A DNA stretch of 63,448 nucleotides, counting the filler, from Hyphochytrium catenoides (lineage: Eukaryota; Protista; Hyphochytriomycota), in assembly GCA_900088475.1 (NCBI GenBank). It is 12 parts of 12 records of this genome, joined end to end, with 100 filler letters (N's around TTAATTAATTAA, not from the genome) between each part and the next. Parts side by side here need not be neighbours in the genome. Positions count along the whole stretch, not along the records: positions 10,529 to 17,477 come from FLMG01002314.1; positions 17,578 to 35,869 come from FLMG01004694.1; 10 more parts are not named here. One strand, written 5' to 3'. A program made the position numbers and the translations under genes. Below, in pieces: positions 12,616 to 22,900 of this stretch (position 1 is its first letter; each line of letters opens with the position of its first letter). Under the pieces are notes generated by a model, which was not told where the DNA came from, made no database searches, and saw nothing but the letters and a program-made list of their open reading frames with translations.

Positions 12616-12984
12616 CAGAAAGAGAGAGACAGAAAGAGAGAGACAGAGAGACAGGAAGAGAGAAGAAAGCGCGAAAGAAGGGGCTATCCATGGAGCAAAG
12701 AAGAACACAAACTCTTCCACTTCTGTCGCAGCAGCCGATGCAGCGCGGACTTCAAGGAAGAGCGGAGAAGTTCAAAACAGAATAAGAGTTGAGCCACGGC
12801 AGCGATCTTCACAAGTCAAGATCAACCGCTTGTCTCTCCTGCCAGGAGGCCGATAGTGCCAGATTCACATCTCTCTCTCTATCATTGCCGTCTGTCTCTC
12901 CTGATCCTTCTCTCTCTCTCTTTCTCTTGATTGTTCTCTCTCTCTTTCTCTCTCTCTTTCTCTGTATTTCTCTCCTGGTCCAAG

Positions 12985-15095
12985 ATGTCAGCCCGCGAGC
13001 GCGCGTACATGGACGAAGACAGCGGCGATGAGGCTGTGGCCTCGGCAGTGATCTGCGTCTTTTTCTCTTCGAAACAGTTTAAGAGAGAAGTTGGAGGAGC
13101 TGTGCTCCGTCCCAGAGCGCGGCGATCCTGTCGCATTGGCGGCTCGGATGAGGACAAGCTCGCCTGGGAAATTGTCTTTTATCACTTTCTCGATAATGAG
13201 AAGGTGAGTGATGGGGCCCCTTGCGTCCTCTCTCTTTCTCTCTTTCTCTTTCTCTCTCTCTCTTTCTCTCCCTCTCCTCTCTATATCTATAACTATATCT
13301 ATCTCTCTGTTCTTCTCCTTTCTATATCTATCTATCTATCTATCTATCTGTTCTTCATCTCCGTTGCTCTCTCTCTCTTTCTCTTTCTCTCGCTCTCTCT
13401 TCTTCTCTCTCTCTCTCTCTCTTTCTCTCTTTCTCTCTGTATGTGTTTGTCTCTGTCTCCCTCGCTTTTGCCCAAGGTTGCTATTCGCGCCGTCTATTCT
13501 TTCACTTGCGTTCTCTCTGTTCCCTCTGTCAATCCTTGTCTCTCTCTCTCTCCCTCATCGGCTTTGGCTGCATTTGCTTCTATTCATCCTTTTCTCTGTC
13601 TCTCTCACTGTTCACTGTTGGTCTTTTCCTCGTTCTACTTTGTGCATCTGATCCCTCGTCTCCATCTCCCCCACCTTTCTCTCCCTCTCTTTCTTTCTCT
13701 TCTCTTTCTTCTCTCTCTCTCTCTTTCCTTCTCGCTGCCTCTCTCTCTGTCGTGTGCAGTTCTCCAACACAGAGTCTCTTCTCATCCAGTCCGGAGCTGC
13801 ACAATGCTTCTGGTGCCCTGACGAGGGAGCACAGAGCAAAGGTAGGGACTCTCTCTCTCTCCCGGCCTCCAAATTTGTCTCTCTCTTTCACTTTGTCGGT
13901 TCTCCCTATAGTTTCTGCTATGGTTTTCCTCTTCGCTCTTCCCTTCATGCGGTCTCTTGGCTGCTTTCCATCCTTTTTTCCCCTTGACAGCGCTGCTTTG
14001 CACTTCTTTCCTTCTTTGTCCTTTTGTCTCCTTCCTTGCGTTCCCTCTCTGTCAGGTCTCTCTCTTGTAGTCTCTCTCTCTCCCTGTCTCTCTCTCTCTG
14101 TTGTAGGATATCATGCTCATCCCGGGTGTGCATCTCTTTTGGGGGATCTCTCTCTTTTGCGATACTTCAATGTCGTCTTGTCTCTCTCTTCCGCAAAAAA
14201 GTATCTCTGTTCCGCAATCCCCTTTCCGACTCTATCCTCTGCCTTTTATCCCACTTTCTCTCTCTCGCGCGCGCGCGCCACTCTCTCTCTATATATATGT
14301 ATGTGCATATTCGCCTTTCATTACCGGACAATATTTTTTCTTTGCTGACATATCTTCTCTCCCTCTCTCTCTCTTCTCTCTGTCTCTGTCTCTCTCTCTC
14401 TCTTTCTCTTTCTCTTCCTTTCTCTCTTTGTCTCTCTCTCTCTCTCTCTTCTGCCTCTCTCTTTGTCTCCCTCTCCCTCCCTGTGGCTTGTCTCTCTCTT
14501 ACCTTTATAGACTCCAAGAAGTTCTATGGGCTGTTGGAAGTGTTGGAGGTAGAAAGCATGAAGATTCCGAAGAGTTGCTTTGGCACGTCAGACCTCGAAC
14601 AGGACCTGGGCAGACTCCTAGGCTCACAGTCGATGGCGCTGCAGAGAGGACTGGTGAGAGAGAGAGAGAGAGAGACGAGAGAGAGAGAGAGAGACGAGAG
14701 AGAGAAGAGAGAGAGAAACAAAGGGAGCGAGAAAGAGAGAGAGAGAGAGAAAAGGAGAGAGATTGAGAAAGAGAGAGAGAGAGAAAAAAAAAGAAGAGAG
14801 CAAGAGAGAGAGAGAGAGAGAAAGAAGGAGAGAGAAAGTGAGCAAAGAGAAGAGTAGGAGAAAGGAGCAGAAGAGCACTTGTTGATGAGAGGGAAACGGA
14901 GAAGATTGTGGGACGGAAGTGTGAAGGAGAAAGTGAAACTGAAGGAAGAGAAACATAGATATAGAGAGCAGAGAGATGAAGTATGAGAGAGAACTACAAA
15001 GACGAAAGATGGAGCAAGTTTATAAAGGCAGAAGAGAGCGATAAAGTGAAAGAAAGATAGCAAGAGAAATGAATAAGCCTTTCTCTCACCCTCTA

Positions 15096-15134
<39 letters not shown>

Positions 15135-16079
15135 CGTGTCTCTCTCTCTCGTACTCTCTCCCTCCACAGACAGAATCTGAGAGCGCTATGAAGGCTGTAG
15201 CTGGACTCATCAAGTCAAACTCTCTTCTCTCCGACCCAGAAAAGTTTGGACGTTTTTCTCTTCTCTCTGGGAGTCTCTTCTCTCACATGATGCTGGACAA
15301 AGCGGCTCTCTCCGCTCTTAACGTCCTCGATGGGCCAAAAGAGGGAGGAGGAAACGCAGGAGAGAGAGGAACCAACAACTATAGCTCTCTTCTCAGTGTT
15401 CTAAACAGAGGAAAGACAGCGATGGGGAGACGCGTGTTGGAGAGATGGATCCGCCAGCCTCTCCTGGATCTGAAGGAAATAGAAGAGAGACATGACATCG
15501 TGGGTTTCTTCAAGGATGAGACAGTCTTCAGAGAAGAGCTGATGCAAGAAGGACTTAGAGTAAGTTGGAACCAGAGAGTCTCTCTCTCTCTTTCTCTCTC
15601 TGTGTCTTTTGTTCTTCTTCTCCCTTCAATGCTGACGGTCTCCACTTGTCAGTGCTCTTTTAGCCTCTCTATTTCTCTTTATATAGATCTCTCCTTCATC
15701 CCTATCTCTTGTTCTCCTCTCTCTCTCTCTCTGGCCGTCTACGACTCTCACCTAAGCACACATTGTGTCCTTCTTACTATTTCTTCCCTTCCTTTTGGGA
15801 GTCTCTGTGCTCTTTCTCAACTCCCAGCTGTCTTCTTACCTGGATGTCTCTTTTTCTCTCGTTTCCATTTCTTCTCTCACTTACTGGCACCCTTTCTCTC
15901 TCTCTTTCTTATCTCCATTCTTCCTATCCTGGAGATTTTTAACCGCCGTCCTTTCTTTATTCTCGCTTCTCGTTCTTCCCATCAGTCACATTCTTGCCCT
16001 GCTTCGATGTATATTGCTCTTCATCTCACAGTCTCTAGCTTTTTCTCTTCTCTTCTACTCTCTCTCTTCCTAGCCCTCG

Positions 16080-16120
<41 letters not shown>

Positions 16121-16452
16121 CATCGCAGCCGATCCCTGACTTGGACAAGCTGGCTGCCAGACTGGAGAGAAAGCGTTCCGTTAGGATCGTGGACTTGGTT
16201 CTTCTCTATGATGCTTTCCGCGCAGCTCTGCCTCGCATCCTCGAGCTCTTGGAAGAGAGACTCCAAGACCTGAATGCGCTTGCGGTAGGTTATCGAAGTA
16301 CTTAAGTCTCAAGAGCAAAAGATTCGGGAGTTGGAATTATTGAGTTTATTAAGGGGAAGTAGAGGCTTAAGGGAAACTTAAGTCTGTGAAGCGTTTCTCT
16401 GATTAGATTTGGGATACTTAAGTTGGTGTCGCCCTTTAGCCTGCCTCGCTTC

Positions 16453-16483
<31 letters not shown>

Positions 16484-16846
16484 ATTCAACTCTGTCTGTC
16501 TTTCTCTTCTCCTTTTGTCTGCCCCTTTCCCTCTCCTCTTCTTGCGCTCTCTCTCTCTCTCTGTTACTTTGGTCTCTCTTAGTCCCATTCTCTTCACTCC
16601 CATATCTCTCTCTCACGTCTCTCTGCCTCCGTTTTCAACTCTCTCTTGTTCCGCCTCTCTTTGCCTCGGCTCTCTCTCTGCCCTGGTGTCGGATGTCTCT
16701 GTCTATTAGGGATTCCGAGACAAGTTGGCTAGAGTTATGGAGGATAGTCGGGGTTACCTTGCACTGGTAGAGGACGTTGTAGACTTGGAAGCTAGACCAA
16801 AGTGGGTCTCTCTTTCCGTTGCAGCTCTCCCTCTCCCTCCCTCTCC

Positions 16847-16894
<48 letters not shown>

Positions 16895-17178
16895 CGTCTC
16901 TCTTTCTTTCTCTCTCTGTCTCTCTCTCTTCTTCTCTCTCTCCATTCTCTTTTCTCTACGGTCCGATGCTCTACTTGAAACCCGTTGATCGTGTGTCTTC
17001 TCATCCCTCTGTTTCTCTCTTTCCTTCTATCTCTCACGCACTCTCTACCTCTCTCCTCTTCCCTTTCTCTCTGTCCTGTTCCAGCTTCCTGATCCGGGAC
17101 AGTCACGACGAGGAACTGGCGAGGATCAGGAGAGAGTGGAACAACGTCGAAGAGTCCATCCAGGACTACTTTGAGAAT
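12985..17178 (+). CDS. MSH2: DNA mismatch repair protein MSH2, partial (ATPase domain beyond contig end)
   Basis: Seven GT-AG-bounded exons: FLDNEK | FSNTESLLIQSG | DLEQDLGRLL | MMLDKAALSALNV...SLLSVLNRGKTAMGRRVLERWIRQPLLDLKEIEERHDIV | PIPDLDKLAARL | LVEDVVDLE | FLIRDSHDEELARIR. These are MSH2 connector/lever motifs. Confidence 0.9.
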
Positions 17179-17577
17179 GTAAAGACATCTTACCGAGATA
17201 CCGAAAGACTTTGCCCTCCCTCTTTCCTCTTCCACGCTTCCTTTTCTTCAAGAACTTCTTTCTCGTCCACTTCTCTCTCCCACTCTCCTTCGCTTCCCTC
17301 TCCCGAGTCACTCTGTTCTTTGTGATTGTCACCTCATCGTCCTATTTTCCAACAGGGTCTGTCCCCTGCACATTATCCCCCTTCTCTCTCTCTCCTGTCG
17401 ATCCTACTCATGCTTACGAACTCGTTCTGTCTTCGTCCTCTCTTCCCCGGTTCCACCTCTCCTCCCCGGTTCTTCCTNNNNNNNNNNNNNNNNNNNNNNN
17501 NNNNNNNNNNNNNNNNNNNNNTTAATTAATTAANNNNNNNNNNNNNNNNNNNNNNNNNNNNNNNNNNNNNNNNNNNN

Positions 17578-17657
17578 CGTAATTTTCCAATTAACTTCCT
17601 TAAATTATGGAAATTAAAATTAAATTGGAGTTAAAATTAAATAATTGCCCACCCCTG
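17578..17657 (-). mobile_element. Probable hAT/MITE terminal inverted repeat with AT-rich subterminal repeats, truncated by contig start
   Basis: 17645-17657 reads CAGGGGTGGGCAA on the minus strand (hAT-type TIR start), preceded by repeated TTAAAATTAAAT. Partner TIR not in window. Confidence 0.5.
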
Positions 17658-17851
17658 GTCCAAACTCATCAAGCGGCACAGGCCCACTATAGGAATAATA
17701 ATATAAGAAAGTGACTGAGGTCTACGTATACTACATTTCTCCTTCTATGGCGGAGGGTTAACATCAAGCGCTTCGACGTTCATTTGTTAACTTTCTCAAT
17801 ACACCAGACGTCTAGTAAGAGAGCAGAGCTGCTGCCTAAGACTGGCTAAGC

Positions 17852-19867
17852 ATGGAAGACACCTGTAGTGATTCCATCTTCACGGCGTGGAACGGGGGCA
17901 CGCTATGCTTCAAGGATGGACGGTTGCTTGCAAGTGTCGAATACCTACAGCTGTTTGCATTAGTGGTCGCATTGCTGGCGGGATTCGTATACGTTTCAGC
18001 GGCGGCCATTCTTCCCAAGTTTGGCTTCACCTTCATGTCCGATGCCATGATGATATTAACTGTTCCTAGTCGCGTCGTTCCATACTTCACAGAGTTTGGT
18101 CTGCGTCTACCTCTTAAAGTCATTCTACTGGTGATCGCTGTCAGCAACATAGTTGTACAGCAATTACCAACCATCCTTGTGCAGATGGCATCTCCGCAGC
18201 GGATCAATGTCCTCGTAGACACTCCCGAAGAATTTATGTGTTATGTCGCCAACGTGTCGAGTTGCAACGTGACGAGGGATCTATACAGCGATCTCACAGG
18301 AAAAAGGGATGTGGTGGAGATGAGTTCTAGGGTGGGAGGTATGCCGACAGCGCCAATCAAATACAATATCTCGGACAAGGCCTCTAACATACCGAACAAG
18401 CAGCTCCGGTATGAAGGTTGGTACGCCGGCTATGCTCTGATTACCACCGGGACAGAGGTGGGACTTCACACGGTAAACGAGTTCACGAACGCGACACTCT
18501 TTACACCCTCAGTATGCGGCTTCGCTTTTGCGATTCCGGGATGGATACCTCACGAAGATTGGATGGAGCCACATGGGTTGCACTTCTCGCCGGCTCCTGT
18601 GTTTGCTTGTCCTAAACTCACCGGTGAGGCTGATAGTCCTCTTAAGGACAATGATATGGCATATACGACTAGTCTTGATGTAAACCCCAACGCAGGCCTA
18701 ATATACGCAATCCCAAACAACGAGGGTTCACTCTTTGCTGATTCTCGATGGGAGTTTGACTTCGGCAGTGGGGAATATGTAGAAAGGCGGAATGTAACTA
18801 TTGCCAACATCACGATAGCGCCTACATATAACTGGACCACGGGTGCTGATATAAACTCCTATGGTGGGTTATCAGTCGTAACCTGGTCAGATGATAGCGT
18901 CGAAGTGACTACTGTCACCTCGAACATTACGACAAAGACGTATATGGAACTGTCCTATGCAGACTACAATCCAGAAGTATTCTTTGGCATAGCAGCTACT
19001 GGACATCAAGAACTTCCGAGTACAACCACCATACTGGTAGATTACGGTGGTAATGGGACACACTCATGTTCAAACTGTTTTTCAAAGGTATTGGTGGGCA
19101 ACCCGATCTTTCCGGGCCCCGGTTTTACTACCTTGGCATTTCAAATGCGCTACGATAACGCTAGTGGTGTGTTCACTGACATGCGGTTTATAGCTACACC
19201 TGATCTGCCAGGTTATGCATTGCTAACAATCTCAACGTACACCTTTAATTCTACTCGCATACAGCTACCTGTAAAATACTCGCAGAACAGTCTGGTGCAA
19301 ACTGCAACCACGGTATGGAACCTTGAACAGGCAACTATGGATGTTGCAGTTGGAGTTGCGTATATGGACCGAAACATAATCTTCCTGCCTGGACATATTA
19401 CACCTGGTGACTGGTCTTCAACCGTTCAGGGAAGTAACCTTGCCAACATCATATCGTCCATTTGGGTTCAAAGTACTGGGGTGGGCAGCCTAATTTCCCG
19501 TGAACTGGCCATGTATGATGTTTCCAGTGTCTGCCTGATAATATTCGCTCTCGTCGCAATCTACGTCGCTCTATCTGTGGCAATAGCACTGCATAATAGA
19601 GCGTGTAGGCGAGCGCAAACCAGCCTTTACCTTAGCGGTGACATCCTCATGGCCTACTACAAGCAATGGCACATGGATCGCGGCAGTCAGGCTAGATCTG
19701 GTGTAGCTGGGGCAGAATACGTACCAACCACGCTGAAGTACTACTATGATAAGGTATCAAAATCTGTTCATGTAGGTTTGGAGATTCTTAGTAAACCCAA
19801 CCAGGTTGCGGTTGCCAAAGATACTCCTGTAGCAAAGCAAAAAGGCGACAATGATAGTAGTCAGTAG
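17852..19867 (+). CDS. Intronless membrane glycoprotein (N-terminal TM helices, large Thr/Asn-rich ectodomain, C-terminal TM); function unknown
   Basis: 671-aa ATG ORF; hydrophobic helices near aa 30-110 and ~555-580; many NxS/T sequons (NVS, NVT, NAT, NIT, NWT, NGT, NAS, NST). Confidence 0.8.
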   Translation: MEDTCSDSIFTAWNGGTLCFKDGRLLASVEYLQLFALVVALLAGFVYVSAAAILPKFGFTFMSDAMMILTVPSRVVPYFTEFGLRLPLKVILLVIAVSNIVVQQLPTILVQMASPQRINVLVDTPEEFMCYVANVSSCNVTRDLYSDLTGKRDVVEMSSRVGGMPTAPIKYNISDKASNIPNKQLRYEGWYAGYALITTGTEVGLHTVNEFTNATLFTPSVCGFAFAIPGWIPHEDWMEPHGLHFSPAPVFACPKLTGEADSPLKDNDMAYTTSLDVNPNAGLIYAIPNNEGSLFADSRWEFDFGSGEYVERRNVTIANITIAPTYNWTTGADINSYGGLSVVTWSDDSVEVTTVTSNITTKTYMELSYADYNPEVFFGIAATGHQELPSTTTILVDYGGNGTHSCSNCFSKVLVGNPIFPGPGFTTLAFQMRYDNASGVFTDMRFIATPDLPGYALLTISTYTFNSTRIQLPVKYSQNSLVQTATTVWNLEQATMDVAVGVAYMDRNIIFLPGHITPGDWSSTVQGSNLANIISSIWVQSTGVGSLISRELAMYDVSSVCLIIFALVAIYVALSVAIALHNRACRRAQTSLYLSGDILMAYYKQWHMDRGSQARSGVAGAEYVPTTLKYYYDKVSKSVHVGLEILSKPNQVAVAKDTPVAKQKGDNDSSQ

Positions 19868-19967
19868 AACGTGCAAACGTCGATCTGTCTTAATCAACTT
19901 CTCTCGGTAACGAAGTAACTTAATGCGACTAGTGTTCAGAAGATGTATGACTTAGATATCTTATCTT

Positions 19968-22900
19968 TCAACGTGCACTCACTGTCGGGCCTGCCGAACC
20001 TGGACGAGAAGTAGTGGTACCCTTGCTTCCCTTTATTGACCTGAAGAGTAGGAATCCACCACCTCCAAGCAGTGCCACGACGATACAGATGATTATCAGT
20101 ATAATCCAAACAGGGACGTCTGAACCAGTGTCGCCTTCGTCGTCCGCAGTAGGCTTGGGTGGTGCCGTTGTTGTACTAGATGCTTGTGTTGGGGGCGGAG
20201 TTACGGTCCCACTAGTCTCGACGACCCCGTTTGGCAAGCCTACTTGCGAACTACCACTATTGCTACTGCCAGATGGAGCCGTGGTTGGTGCTGCGGTGGT
20301 GCCTCCCGGAGCAGTGGTGGTTGGTGGAGCTGTGGTAGGTGCGTTGTTCACTGTCAAGTTACATTCATTGGTTTGTTTAATCATTCCCGTTAACCTTAGT
20401 TCTTGAAGCTGGCTCACGTCAATTATATTTGAGCACACGACTTGCGGAACACAAGGAGAATCAACAATATTCTTCGTCTTGTATGCATCCTCCGCAGTCT
20501 TTATACAGTCTGTACTGCGGCAATGTCCAGGGACTACCATCGTGCTTCGATTCCCGTGTGCGTCGAGTATAGGGATTTCAATGCTTTCGGCAGTCATACA
20601 GGCAATTAAGGGGTCATACTCAAACAACCCAATGTACTTTTCCTTGGGGACGTTCCTGAAAGACATCTCAGTGACTCCTGGCACGCACTGTATCGTGTTA
20701 GAACTCCACTTCGGAGCATTCGTCGAGTCGTAGATGACAAGGTTACCATCCTCTTGCATCTTCACTTCGTATGGCGCCACCCCTGTTACTGCTGGCGTCG
20801 CCCACAAGATAGACTTATCGTTGCCCCACCGGAGAACAAGCTTCCCGTCGGACTGCATCTTGAGCTCATTGCCCCATGAGTCTGTGATACTAGGCCTAGT
20901 GTTGCTATGGAGACTTTCATTTTTCTTAAGGATAATCTCATTCGAATACTTAGCAGTGGGAAGTGGTGAGATGTTCTTGTGTTCTTGTAGGTGTACTTCG
21001 CCACTGGGGTTAAACTGCTAGCGTACTTGACCATAAACTCATCCACCTGACTATGCCCTCGTGTAGACATGGTCTTGATGAAATCGCGGCATCGGTAGTA
21101 GTTGGTCTTGAGACGGTTGTAGGCACGGCTATAGTCTCCAGAAACAGGGGCAAGGATACCGGACGTGGCATTCATATAGAGGTCGATGTAGTCGTTGTCA
21201 TGCTGCCATATGGTCCTGCCGTCAACGATCACTTTGCTCCCAGCCATGACATCAGGTGCACAGACCGGCGCGCGAATTAGGTTCTCTCCAATCTTGCAAT
21301 GGTTAGAGTTCTGAAAGACTACCTTCTGCTGAGACTGTGACTTGGCGGTGTCCCCAACATCCTGCTTGTACCCCAGGTACATCGAGGTGGTGCCTTTGTA
21401 GCCTGGCGTGTTGGTCGTAGTAGTCAGCCCATTGAGGTCAGCATCGATGAGAGTGTAACCACCCGCACGAGCTTGGTCCTTGGCTGTTTGTTGGCTGTTC
21501 CCAATACCCACACGCACGTCGTTAATATACCGCTTGTGACTAGCATCAGTGCCAGTTGTCACCTCATCCAAGGCCTTTGTGATCCCTTTACAGAGTCGGA
21601 TCGTCGTCGTCTCTTGCCCGGCTCCCCAGTTCAGATCTACATTGACAACACCATCCAAAGAAGCACAAGAGCCCTGTTGGTTGGCCTCAGTGGTAGTAGC
21701 CAGTCGTGTTAGACCACTTTTGCCCTTTCCTTTCAGTGTGCAGAGGTAGATGTCCTTCGAGCCGCTGATACCCTCGTTGAGATTGTTAGTATTGTAAGTA
21801 TACCCCGCACTAGCAGGACAGTGGTCGGCGGAGTCTGCCACAGTGAGATCGAGAACTCCTTCATCGTTGACAGTTGCATCATCTTGACCTTGTATAGCGT
21901 AGGCACTCCACTGTTGGGAATTTGAGCCGTTATCACCATACCATCGCACGAGGCGACTACCGTTCAGATCCAGCGCACGGAGAGTGTCTTGGTCAGGCTT
22001 TATTTTCCCATTTTTGAAAACGAATGTCGGACGCTTGCGGTCGGAGTCGTTGTTGTCTCGGAGACCTCTCGTCACAGGAACCATGTCTCCTCTATTAGCT
22101 CCGAAATAGTTGTGTCCTCCATACTCGAGATACTTCTTGAACTGGACATTTTGGTTACGACCTAGTGGGCCGAATACCCATTGTTGAGATGGTTCAGCAC
22201 CAACGCATTCTTCCACTGTCACAGGAGCATCGTCAGAGCTATCAGTCGCCCTCAAACACTTTGTACCTTTCTGTTGAGAAATGGCATACCAGCATTTCTG
22301 TCAAGCGCTGTACCTGCTCGAGGGTCGGTATAGTAGAAGATGAACTGCTGGGCAGCAGACCCACTGAATGTCCATGTTGCTAGTTGCACCTGTGAAGTTG
22401 AGAAGTTAGGCACATCGATGGCCTTACCATCAAGTATGGCTTTAATAGCATTCCCGAAGATCTCGAACCAATGATTCTGGTTATCATCACCGCAACCCCA
22501 TACAACCAGAGAGCCATTCGATCCGCCTCGATCTAAGCATTTCATAGATCCGAGATTAACAATAAGAAGCTGAGCATGTGAGTTACTATACCTTAAGTAG
22601 AACCTGTAAGCGTCCCCATAAACATACTCCTCCTTCTGAACGATAGCTGCGCCGTTGGCTGTGCCTTGTGCTGCCATGAACAGACCACTATGCTTGTTTT
22701 GGAGTGAGAAGGGTATGTGGAATCGCTGCGCTTCGGTAGTGTTTGAGTCTGATGTGTAGGCTTGAACCGAAGCTCCCTCGCTTTTGGAGTTACCTACCAT
22801 ATCAACAACATAGGTGTCCCTCGATGTACCAATGTAGCCATTACTGAGGAAGTAGAATTGGGCAGACGTTAGAGTTCCAGTCGAGTACCTATTAGCAATA

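Noticed and set aside
10473-17529. Many ORFs rich in LS/ER dipeptides (also 45-53 kb and 55-63 kb)
   Set aside because: Translations of (CT)n/(AG)n microsatellites in introns and intergenic DNA.
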